This document shows, piece by piece, positions 10,097-19,300 of a stretch of 34,372 bases of DNA. The notes beneath the pieces are model-generated. The model worked only from the letters and a program-made list of their open reading frames with translations. It was not told the DNA's origin and did not search any database. Position 1 is the stretch's first letter; every line of letters starts with the position of its first letter. The stretch is from positions 21,573 to 55,944 of the forward strand of contig JBBDXF010000001.1 in assembly GCA_040902485.1 (NCBI GenBank), given 5' to 3'. Origin of the DNA: Myxococcota bacterium. GTDB lineage: Bacteria > Myxococcota_A > UBA9160 > SZUA-336. A program made the translations under genes and the position numbers.

Positions 10097-10157
10097 TCGG
10101 TCTCCGATGGCTGGCTAGGGTTGGCGGTGATCGCAAACCCTCGCAAGGAGACCCACC

Positions 10158-10937
10158 ATGGAACGGATCCGCAAGCTCGGCGCCCTGGGCTACGGGGCGA
10201 TCTGCTACGCGATCTTCTTCGCCACCTTCCTCTATCTGATCGGCTTCGTCGGCGACTTCGCCGTGCCCAAGTCGATCGATTCAGGCCCGGCCGGGCCGCT
10301 CGGCATCGCGCTGCTCGGCAACGCCGCGCTGCTCGTGCTGTTCGGCCTGCAGCACAGCGTGATGGCGCGCCCGGGCTTCAAGAGCGTCTTCACGCGCGTG
10401 GTGCCCAAGTCGATCGAGCGCTCGAGCTACGTGCTGGCATCGAGCATCGCGCTGATCCTGCTGATGGGGCTGTGGCAGCCGATCCCGGCGCCGATCTTCG
10501 AGCTCGAGAGCGGCTTCGCGCGCGGCGCGATGATCGCGACCTACCTGCTCGGCTACGGGATCGTCCTGTACTCGACGTTCCTGATCGACCACTTCGATCT
10601 GTTCGGGCTGCGCCAGGTGTTCCTGCGCGCGCTGGGCCGGTCCTACACCGAGAAGCGTTTCATGACGCCGTCGCTCTACAAGCTGATCCGCCACCCGCTG
10701 TACGTGGGCTGGATCATCACGTTCTGGGCCGCGCCGACCTTCACGGTCGGGCACCTGCTGTTCGCGAGCGCGATGACGGCCTACATCCTGGTGGCGATCC
10801 CGCTGGAGGAGCGCGACCTGGAGGCGCAGCTCGGCGAGCCGTACCGCAGCTGGCGAGCGCGCACGCCCGCGTTCCTGCCGCGCATCCGCCGCTCGCGCGG
10901 CACGCGCCCGACCGACGCGGTCGGCGAGGCGCGCTGA
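10158..10937 (+). CDS. mddA: Methanethiol S-methyltransferase (MddA; ICMT-like membrane methyltransferase)
   Basis: Multi-TM protein with LFGLQHSVMARPGFK, IERSSYVLASS, STFLIDHFDLFGLRQV, LYKLIRHPLYVG, TAYILVAI.LEERDL, PAFLP. Strong SD. Confidence 0.88.
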   Translation: MERIRKLGALGYGAICYAIFFATFLYLIGFVGDFAVPKSIDSGPAGPLGIALLGNAALLVLFGLQHSVMARPGFKSVFTRVVPKSIERSSYVLASSIALILLMGLWQPIPAPIFELESGFARGAMIATYLLGYGIVLYSTFLIDHFDLFGLRQVFLRALGRSYTEKRFMTPSLYKLIRHPLYVGWIITFWAAPTFTVGHLLFASAMTAYILVAIPLEERDLEAQLGEPYRSWRARTPAFLPRIRRSRGTRPTDAVGEAR

Positions 10938-12007
10938 TGCTCGCGGCCGCGCTCGACGGCGCGAAGCTTTCGCGCTTCCAGCAGCAGATGCTGGGCGCGC
11001 TGAACGGCGCCGCGCTCGCGCTCATGACGTCGATCGGCCACCGCGCCGGGCTGTTCGACGTCATGAGCCGGATGCGGCCGGCGACCAGTCGAGAGATCGC
11101 GAGCGAGGCCGGGCTCGACGAGCGCTACGTGCGCGAGTGGCTCGGCGCGCTGGTGACGAGCGGCGTGGTCGAGTACGCGCCCGCGGGCGCGACCTACGCG
11201 CTGCCGCGCGAGCACGCGGCGTTGCTCACGCGCGCTTCGCGCCCCGACAACATGGCCGCGACCTGTCAGTGGATCCCCGTGCTCGGCTCGGTCGAGGACC
11301 GGATCCTGGAGTGCTTCGAGCGCGGCGGCGGCGTGCCGTACTCCGCCTATGCGCGCTTCCACGCCGTGATGGCGGAGGAGAGCGATCAGACCGTGGTTGC
11401 GGCGCTGGTCGAGAGCATCGTTCCGCTCGCGGCGGGGCTGCCCGAGGCGCTCGCGCGCGGCATCGACGTGCTCGACGTGGGCTGCGGCAGCGGCCGCGCC
11501 GTGAACCAGCTCGCGGCCGCGTACCCGACGAGCCGCTTCACGGGCTACGACATCTCCGGCGAGGGCATCGAGGCGGCGCGCGCGGAGGCGCGCGAGCGGG
11601 GTCTGGCGAACGTGCGCTTCGTGGTCCGCGACGCCGCCGCGCTCGGGCACGCGCAGGACTTCGACTGCGTGACCGCCTTCGACGCGATCCACGACCAAGC
11701 CCGGCCCGATCGGGTGCTGCGCGGGATCGCCGACGCGCTGCGGCCCGACGGCGTGTTCCTGCTCCAGGACATCGGCGGAACCAGCCACGTCGAGGCCGAC
11801 ATCGCGAACCCGCTCGGGCCGTTCCTCTACACGATCTCGTGTCTGCACTGCATGACCGTCTCGCTCGAGGCGGGCGGCATGGGTTTGGGGGCGATGTGGG
11901 GCTCGGAGCGCGCGCAGCGCATGCTCTCCGAGGCCGGCTTCGGTCGCGTCGACGTCCGCCGGCTCCCGCACGACGCGCTGAACCTGTACTTCATCGCACG
12001 CAAATAG
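10937..12007 (+). CDS. Class I SAM-dependent methyltransferase with N-terminal winged helix (Rv2258c-like)
   Basis: ATG overlaps the mddA stop (TGATG). IGHRAGLF, GLDERYVREWL, F..GGGVPY, VLDVGCGSG, AFDAIHD, YTISCLHCMTVSL..GG.GLG.MWG. Confidence 0.9.
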   Translation: MLAAALDGAKLSRFQQQMLGALNGAALALMTSIGHRAGLFDVMSRMRPATSREIASEAGLDERYVREWLGALVTSGVVEYAPAGATYALPREHAALLTRASRPDNMAATCQWIPVLGSVEDRILECFERGGGVPYSAYARFHAVMAEESDQTVVAALVESIVPLAAGLPEALARGIDVLDVGCGSGRAVNQLAAAYPTSRFTGYDISGEGIEAARAEARERGLANVRFVVRDAAALGHAQDFDCVTAFDAIHDQARPDRVLRGIADALRPDGVFLLQDIGGTSHVEADIANPLGPFLYTISCLHCMTVSLEAGGMGLGAMWGSERAQRMLSEAGFGRVDVRRLPHDALNLYFIARK

Positions 12008-12031
12008 GGATTCGCCTAAGCTCGCACGCCG

Positions 12032-15000
12032 ATGGTGCATCGCTTCGGCGACTACGAGCTCGACGAGACCGCGGGAGAGCTGCGCCAGCGCGGCAAACCG
12101 GTCGAGATCCAGCCCAAGCCCTTTGCGCTGCTCGCCCTGCTCGTGCGCGAGCGCGCGCGGATCGTGCCCGCGCGCGAGATCCTGGACGCGCTCTGGCCCG
12201 ACACGAGCGTGACTCCGGCGTCGCTCTCGCGCGCGATCTCGCACGCGCGGCGCGCGATCGGGGACACCCATCGCGGCGCGCTGATCAAGAGCTTCTCGCG
12301 CCGCGGCTACCGGTTCTGCGCGGACGTGCTGGCGCTCGCGGGCGCGGGGTCGCCGGCGCCGAATGCGTCCGGCCCGCGCGAACCGGCCGCGATCTTCGTC
12401 GGGCGCGAGGACGCGCTCGCGCGCCTGGAGCGCGCCTTCGCGGGTGCTGCGAGCGGTCGCGGCGCGGTGGCGATCGTCTCGGGGCCCGCGGGCATCGGCA
12501 AGACGCGCCTGGTCGAGCACTTCGCGGGGCTGGCCGGCGCGAGCGGCGCCCGCGTGCTGTTCGCGCGCAATCGCGCCGAGGAGGGCGTCCCGCCGTTCTG
12601 GCTCTGGGTGCAAGTGCTGCGGCGCCTGATCGAGGCCGACGCCGCGCGCGCGCTGCTGCGCGAGGCGGCCGCGCGTTCGAGCGAGCTCGCCGAGCTTCTG
12701 CCCGAGCTCGCGGGCGCGAAGTCCGACGCACGCACGACGCGCGCGAGTGACTCCGAGCACGGCCGCTTCCTGCTCTTCGACGCGGTCGCGCGCGCGCTCG
12801 CGCGGGTCAGCCGCGCCCGGCCGCTGGTGATCGTGCTCGAGGACCTGCAGTGGGCCGACCCGCCCTCGCTGCGTCTGCTCGAGCACCTCGCGTTCGAGGC
12901 CGCCAGCGAGCCGATCCTGGTGCTGGCGTCGGTGCGCGAGGGCTTCCGCGAACGCGGCCATCCGCTCGACCGCACGCTCGCCGTGTTGCGCCAGCAGGAA
13001 CGCACGCTCGAGCTCACGCTCGGCGGCTTCTCGCGGCGCGAGGTCGCGGCGTTGCTCGATCGCACGCTCGGCCGCGCGGCACCGTCCGATCTGATCTCGG
13101 AGCTATTCGCGCGCACGGAGGGCGTGCCGCTCTTCCTGCGCGAGGCGATCCGCCTGCTCGCGGAGCGCGGCGTGCTCGAAGCGCCCGAGAAGATCCCGCG
13201 CGCGGGCATCGCCCTGCCGGGTCGCGCGCTCGATCTGATCCGGCGCGCGCTCGACGCGCTGTCGGATCCGGCGCGCACGCTGGTCGCGGCGGGAGCGGTG
13301 CTCGGCCGCGAGTTCACGCTGGCCGCCGCCGCCGAGCTCGCTGAGATCGAGCGCGAGTCGGGTCTCGACTGGATCGACGAGGCCACCCGCGCCGGCGTGC
13401 TCGAGGCGTCTCCCGACGACGCTGCGAGCTGGCGCTTCACGCACGCGCTCTTCCAGGAGGCGGCCTACACGGAGCTCGCCGCCGGCGAGCGCGTGCGCCT
13501 GCACCTGCGTGCGGCGCGCCGGCTCGAGCGCGATCACGCGAGCGACGTTGGATCGGTGATCGCCGAGCTCGCGCATCACCACCACCGCGCGCTCGCGGTC
13601 GGAGATGCCGAGCGCGCGTTCGCGTGCGCGGTCCGCGCTGCCGAGCAGGCGGCGCAGCTCGGCGCCTGGGAGCAGGCCGCGCAGCACTACGAGCAGGCGG
13701 TCGCCGCGCTCGCGCACGTGCGGCCGCTCGAGCCCGAGCGGCGCCTGGGCGTGCTGCTCGCGCTGGGCGAGACCTGCCGGCTCTCGGGCGAGCGCACGCG
13801 CCGCCGCGAGGTGCTCGGGCAGGCGCTCGCGCTCGCGCGCGAGCTCGGCTCGAGCTCCGACCTGGCGCGCGCCGCGATCGGCTTCTCGGACCTGCAGGAC
13901 TGGGGCGTGCGCGACGACGCGGCCCGCGCGGCGGTCGGCGAAGCGCTCGCGGCGGTCGGTGACGCGGCGGGGATCGCGCGCGCGCGCCTGCTGACGCGGC
14001 TCGCGTATTTCGACGTGCGCGTCGAGCACGAGGTCGCGCAGGCGAGGGCGCGCGAGGCGGCGGAGCTCGCGCGCTCCGCGAACGATCCCGAGGCGCTGCA
14101 GGACGCGCTCTACGTGCTGCACTTCGCGCTCGGCGGGCCGGATCACGTCGAGGAACGCGCTCGGCTCGGCGAGGAGATCGTGCGCGTCGCGCGCGGCTCG
14201 CGCAGCGGCGACCGCGCGCTGATCTCGCTGCTCGATCTGGCGAGCGACCGTTTGATGCTCGGCGACGCGGCCGCGGCCGGCGCGCTGCGCGCGCGCGCCG
14301 ACGCGATCGCCGGCGAGCGCCCGCCGCCGGCGATGCGCTGGAACCAGGGCGTGTACGCGACCGGCGTCGCGCTGCTCGAGGGCCGCTTCGACGAGGCCGC
14401 CTCGCTCACGCGCGACACCTTCGTGCTGGGCAAGCGCGCCGAGCATCCCTACGCGCGCGCGGTCCTGAACGGCCACCGCGTGCTGCTGGCCCACGAGCGC
14501 GGCGACGCCGCCGAGGTGCTCGCGATCTTCGAGCCCGCGATCGGGGCGCGCGACGGCCCGCAGCACTGGGTGCAGGCGATGGCCGCGCGCGCGCGGCTCG
14601 CGGCCGGGCGCGAGGCCGAGGCGCGCGCGTTGTACGAGTCGCTCGCGCGCGAGGACTTCGCCGACATCCCGCGCAACCTGCGCTGGACCGGCACGCTGGT
14701 CGAGTTCGCCGTGCTGTGCGCGGAGCTCGGCGACGCTTCGCGCGCCAAGGCATTGCTCGGTCTGCTCGAGCCGGTCGAGCACCAGCACGGCGTGATGCCG
14801 ATGGCGATCTGCTACGGCGGCCCGGTCCGCTACGCCATCGCGCGCCTGTGCGAGACACTCGGGCGCCGCGATGACGCCACCGCGCTGTACGAGGACGCGC
14901 TGGCGGCCGCGAGCGCGCTCGGCGCCCGGCCGATGCAGGCGCGCATCGCGCTCCGGCTCGGCGTCTGCCTGGGCGCGCGCGACCGCCGGCGCGCGAAGCC

Positions 15001-15085
15001 GCAGCTCGAGCAGAGCGCGCGGCTCGCGGGCGAGCTCGGCATGGCCGCGGTCGCGGCGAGCGCGCGTGAGGCGCTCGGCGAGTAG
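12032..15085 (+). CDS. Transcriptional regulator: OmpR/CadC-type wHTH + STAND-like ATPase + TPR/helical region
   Basis: N-term FGDYELD...EL...G..V.IQPK...LL..LV...LWP...V....L...IS..RRAIGD...RRGYRF. Then FVGRE, Walker A GPAGIGKT, Walker B VIVLEDLQWAD, RTEGVPLFL.E, FTHAL and an Ala-rich helical C-terminus. Confidence 0.9.
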   Translation: MVHRFGDYELDETAGELRQRGKPVEIQPKPFALLALLVRERARIVPAREILDALWPDTSVTPASLSRAISHARRAIGDTHRGALIKSFSRRGYRFCADVLALAGAGSPAPNASGPREPAAIFVGREDALARLERAFAGAASGRGAVAIVSGPAGIGKTRLVEHFAGLAGASGARVLFARNRAEEGVPPFWLWVQVLRRLIEADAARALLREAAARSSELAELLPELAGAKSDARTTRASDSEHGRFLLFDAVARALARVSRARPLVIVLEDLQWADPPSLRLLEHLAFEAASEPILVLASVREGFRERGHPLDRTLAVLRQQERTLELTLGGFSRREVAALLDRTLGRAAPSDLISELFARTEGVPLFLREAIRLLAERGVLEAPEKIPRAGIALPGRALDLIRRALDALSDPARTLVAAGAVLGREFTLAAAAELAEIERESGLDWIDEATRAGVLEASPDDAASWRFTHALFQEAAYTELAAGERVRLHLRAARRLERDHASDVGSVIAELAHHHHRALAVGDAERAFACAVRAAEQAAQLGAWEQAAQHYEQAVAALAHVRPLEPERRLGVLLALGETCRLSGERTRRREVLGQALALARELGSSSDLARAAIGFSDLQDWGVRDDAARAAVGEALAAVGDAAGIARARLLTRLAYFDVRVEHEVAQARAREAAELARSANDPEALQDALYVLHFALGGPDHVEERARLGEEIVRVARGSRSGDRALISLLDLASDRLMLGDAAAAGALRARADAIAGERPPPAMRWNQGVYATGVALLEGRFDEAASLTRDTFVLGKRAEHPYARAVLNGHRVLLAHERGDAAEVLAIFEPAIGARDGPQHWVQAMAARARLAAGREAEARALYESLAREDFADIPRNLRWTGTLVEFAVLCAELGDASRAKALLGLLEPVEHQHGVMPMAICYGGPVRYAIARLCETLGRRDDATALYEDALAAASALGARPMQARIALRLGVCLGARDRRRAKPQLEQSARLAGELGMAAVAASAREALGE

Positions 15086-15095
15086 AATCGTTCCG

Positions 15096-16820
15096 GTGTC
15101 CGCGCCGGAGCTCCAGCACCGACTCGCCGCGATCCTCTCTGCCGAGGGGGAGGGCTACACGCGCTTGCTCGCCGAGGACGAGGCCGAGACGATTCGCGCA
15201 CTCGGCGAGGCGCGCGAGCTGATCTCGGCGAGTGTCTCCCGGCACCGCGGCCGGGTGGTCGACGCGGTGGGCGACAACCTGCTCGCCGAGTTTCCGTCCG
15301 CCGTGGACGCCGTGCGCAGCAGCCTCGAGGTGCAGCGGGTGCTCGACGATCGCGTCGCGCTCGTCCCCGCCCGACGGCGCCTGCGCTTTCGGATCGGGCT
15401 GCACCTGGGTGACGTCGCGGTCGAGGACTCGCGCATCTACGGCGACGGCGTGAACGTGGCGGCGCGGCTGCAGACGCTCGCGGAGCCGGGCGGGATCTGC
15501 CTCTCGGGCGCGATCCACGACAGCGTCCGGGGGCGCCTCGACCTCACGTTCGTCGACCTCGGCGAGCAGTCACTCAAGAACTTCCCGCGACCTGTGCGGG
15601 TGTTCCGGATCGGCGGTGCCGAGGCAGCCATGGTGAGTGCGTTGCGGTTCGAGCCCCCCGATCGGCCGTCACTCGTCGTGCTGCCCTTCGCCAACGTGAG
15701 CGGTGACGCGGAGCAGGAGTTCTTCGCGGACGGAATGACTGAGGACCTGATCGCCGAGCTCGCCCGCGTGCCGGAGCTGTTCGTGATCGGGCGCGGCACG
15801 TCGTTCTCGTACAAGGGCAAGAGCGTCGCCGCGCGCGAGCTCGGACGCGAGCTCGGCGTTCGGCACGTGGTCGAAGGCAGCGTGCGGCGCGCCGGGTCGC
15901 GCGTGCGCATCACCGCGCGACTCACGGACGCCCAGTCGGCGCGCGAGACCTGGTCCGAGCGCTACGACCGCGAGCTCGGCGACGTGTTCGCGCTCCAGGA
16001 CGAGGTGGTGGGCGGAGTCGTGGCCGAGCTGCGCAAAGCACTGGGTGCGGGCATCGAGCACGCGCCGCGCGGCCGTCCGGTCCGAGCCGACGTCTGGGAG
16101 CTGCTCGTGCACGGACGCGCGCAGCTCGACCTCAATTCACCGGCCGGCGTTCTCGCGGGCACGGCGCTGCTCGAGCGGTGCGTCGCGCTCGATGCGCGGC
16201 TCGCGCTCGCCCGGGCGGAGCTCGGCCGTGCGGAGTACACCGCGCACCTGCTCGGGATTGGCGAAGGCGAGCATCTCGAGCGCGGAATCGATCACATCCT
16301 GCACGCACTGGAGCTGGATCCGGACGAACCGTTCGCGCATTTGGCCCTCGGCATCGCGCTCACGTTCCGCGCTGATCCAGAGGCCGCGGTCTCGGCGAGC
16401 CGACGCGCGCTCGAGCTCGCTCCCGGCCGAGCGGATGTCGTTCTCGCTCACGGAATGCTGCTGAACTTCGTCGGCCGGCAAGAGGAGGCGATCCCGGTGC
16501 TCAAGAGCGTCACCCGCGTCGATCCCGCCCAGCGCTACATGCATTTGTTCCAGATCGCCATCTGCTACCGGCGCCTCGGCCGTGTCGACGAGGCGATCGC
16601 GAAGCATCGCGAGAGCATCGCGGCGAATCCGGTCTTCCTCGGACCGCACATGAACCTGGCGGCGATCTACGCGAACCTCGGCCAGATGAACCAGGCGCGC
16701 GCCTCGCTCGCCGAGGTGATGCGCTTGCGCCCGGACTTCTCGATCGCCATGGTTCCACGCCTTCCCACGGGTCGAGAGTTTCTCGTCGAGGGGCTGCGCA
16801 AGGCGGGGCTGAAGGAGTAG
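15096..16820 (+). CDS. Class III nucleotide cyclase domain + TolB-N-like domain + TPR repeats
   Basis: GTG 15096 in frame with track ORF 14871..16820. RLAAIL...GYTRL, GDNLLAEF, FRIGLHLGDV, IYGDGVNVAARLQ, LKN...PV. Then PSLVVLPFAN.SGD.EQEFFADG.TEDLI, GVRHVVEGSVRR and C-terminal TPRs. Confidence 0.92.
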   Translation: MSAPELQHRLAAILSAEGEGYTRLLAEDEAETIRALGEARELISASVSRHRGRVVDAVGDNLLAEFPSAVDAVRSSLEVQRVLDDRVALVPARRRLRFRIGLHLGDVAVEDSRIYGDGVNVAARLQTLAEPGGICLSGAIHDSVRGRLDLTFVDLGEQSLKNFPRPVRVFRIGGAEAAMVSALRFEPPDRPSLVVLPFANVSGDAEQEFFADGMTEDLIAELARVPELFVIGRGTSFSYKGKSVAARELGRELGVRHVVEGSVRRAGSRVRITARLTDAQSARETWSERYDRELGDVFALQDEVVGGVVAELRKALGAGIEHAPRGRPVRADVWELLVHGRAQLDLNSPAGVLAGTALLERCVALDARLALARAELGRAEYTAHLLGIGEGEHLERGIDHILHALELDPDEPFAHLALGIALTFRADPEAAVSASRRALELAPGRADVVLAHGMLLNFVGRQEEAIPVLKSVTRVDPAQRYMHLFQIAICYRRLGRVDEAIAKHRESIAANPVFLGPHMNLAAIYANLGQMNQARASLAEVMRLRPDFSIAMVPRLPTGREFLVEGLRKAGLKE

Positions 16821-16825
16821 CGAGA

Positions 16826-17473
16826 GTGCCGACCGACCTGCCGATTCGCTGTTCGTGCGGGACGCTGCGCGGCGTCGCGCGCGGCGTCTCGCCCTCGCGC
16901 GGCAATCGCGTGGTCTGCTACTGCGGAGACTGCCAGTCGTTCGCGCACTTCCTCGGGCGTGCGAACGAGATCCTCGACGCGCGTGGAGGGTCGGACATCT
17001 TCCAGACCTCGCCCGCGCGGGTCGAGCTCACGCAGGGGCGGGAGCGACTCGCCTGCATGCGGCTCACGCCGAAGGGCCTGCTGCGCTGGTACGCGGACTG
17101 CTGCCAGACACCGATCGGCAACACGGCGATCACGCCCGCGATTCCGTTCGTCGGCCTGATCCAGACTCGCCTCCACGACGAGTCCGCGACGCTTGCCCGC
17201 GATGCCGCGCTCGGACCGGTGCGCGGCCACGTGAACGCGCGCGCGGCGAAGGGTCGCGCGGCGAAGGGTCGCGCGGCGGGCAAGAACGTGCGCGAGAGCG
17301 GCATCGTTCGCTCGATCGCTCGATTCGTCCGGCTCTTGCTCCAGGCTCGCCTGCGTGGCGATCACAAGGCATCGCTCTTCTTCGACGCGCGGACCCGCGA
17401 GCCGTCGGTGAATCCGCGCGTGCTCTCGGAGGCGGAGCTTCGCGAGGTCGAGCGGCTGCGCGACGCCGGCTAG
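16826..17473 (+). CDS. DUF6151-like (GFA/Mss4-like Cys-rich) protein
   Basis: CSCG.LRG, RVVCYC.DCQ.FAHFLG, LD..GGSDIFQ, LACMRLTPKGLLRWYA.CC.TPIGNT. AAGGAG upstream. Confidence 0.8.
   Translation: MPTDLPIRCSCGTLRGVARGVSPSRGNRVVCYCGDCQSFAHFLGRANEILDARGGSDIFQTSPARVELTQGRERLACMRLTPKGLLRWYADCCQTPIGNTAITPAIPFVGLIQTRLHDESATLARDAALGPVRGHVNARAAKGRAAKGRAAGKNVRESGIVRSIARFVRLLLQARLRGDHKASLFFDARTREPSVNPRVLSEAELREVERLRDAG
17240..17278 (+). repeat. In-frame 15-bp tandem repeat (2.6 copies) encoding RAAKG-RAAKG-RAA
   Basis: CGCGCGGCGAAGGGT at 17240 and 17255, then partial CGCGCGGCG at 17270. Confidence 0.9.
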
Positions 17474-18222
17474 GCGCGCGCGCGGAGCTCGGCGAAGGGC
17501 GGCTGGAGCAGCAGGATCAGGCGCTCGACGCCCAGGCCCGCGAGGCGCTTCCGTCCCGCCTCGGTGCCGGGGAAGCCGCCGAACGCCGTCACGCAGAACG
17601 GTGTCACGCGGCCGGACTCCGCGTGGGCGCGCCGCGCCAGCGTGACGAGCTCGGGGATCTGCGGGTGGCCGGCGGGCGCGTTGAAGCCGTCGCCGAGCCG
17701 GCCCGCGAGCTCGGCCATGCGCGGGCCGAAGCCGCCGACGATGATCGGCGGAGCGGGGGAGGGGCGCAGGAAGCCGGACGGTGAGCCCGACCAGAGCGCG
17801 CGGATGCGTTCGATCGCCAGCTCGAGCGCGCGACGCCGTTCGCTGTCGGTTCCGACGGCCTGGCCGATCGCGAGCTGCTCGTCGGCGTAGGGAGTGGCGC
17901 GGCTTCCGCCCGCACCCAGCCCGAGCAGCAGCCGTCCGTCGCTCGCCTCCTGCAGCGTGGCGGCCATGTTCGCGAGCACGCCCGCAGGCCGGTTCGCGAC
18001 GTTCAGCACCAGCGGCCCGAGCATCACGCGCGAGGTCGCCTCCGCGAGCGCGCAGAGCACGGTCCAGCACTCGGGCACCGGCTCGGGTCCGGCGGCGCCG
18101 CCGCCGCGCAGGTGATCCCAGAGCCAGACGCCGTCGTAGCCCGCGTCCTCCGCCCGCCGCGCGCCGTCGCGCAGCGCGCGAAACGTCGCCCCGAACGGAA
18201 TCAGAAGAACGTCGGTCTTCAC
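17470..18222 (-). CDS. LLM class flavin-dependent oxidoreductase
   Basis: AEDAGYDGVWLWDH, ECWT.L.ALA..T.RV.LG.LVL, LA.MAATL...SDGRL.LGLGAG, IIVGG.GPRM..LA.R.GDG.N. Confidence 0.9.
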   Translation of the reverse strand: MKTDVLLIPFGATFRALRDGARRAEDAGYDGVWLWDHLRGGGAAGPEPVPECWTVLCALAEATSRVMLGPLVLNVANRPAGVLANMAATLQEASDGRLLLGLGAGGSRATPYADEQLAIGQAVGTDSERRRALELAIERIRALWSGSPSGFLRPSPAPPIIVGGFGPRMAELAGRLGDGFNAPAGHPQIPELVTLARRAHAESGRVTPFCVTAFGGFPGTEAGRKRLAGLGVERLILLLQPPFAELRARA

Positions 18223-18241
18223 GGCCGCGCGCCGGGTCCCG

Positions 18242-19270
<1,029 letters not shown>

Positions 19271-19275
19271 GCGCG

Positions 19276-19282
19276 TACAATA
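19276..19282. promoter_or_regulatory. Overlapping back-to-back -10 boxes in a 30-bp divergent gap
   Basis: TACAAT 19276-19281 (+) precedes AGGAGG and GTG 19301. TATTGT 19282-19277 (-) lies 6 nt before ATG 19270. Confidence 0.6.
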
Positions 19283-19300
19283 CCCGAAGGAGGCACACGC

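Noticed and set aside
10033..10101. Short repeats as a possible CRISPR array
   Set aside because: Units are 6-8 bp at 10-12 bp pitch, with no spacers and no cas genes. They fit protein-binding sites.
12032..16820. STAND ATPase + cyclase as an antiphage system (Avs/Pycsar/CBASS)
   Set aside because: The ATPase has a DNA-binding wHTH rather than a nuclease/TIR/Sir2 effector. The cyclase has the common TolB-N/TPR signalling layout, and no cNMP-binding effector is adjacent.
15560..17470. Slightly more A/T-ending codons as a sign of a foreign island
   Set aside because: The impression is mild and unquantified, with no integrase, transposase, tRNA or flanking direct repeats.
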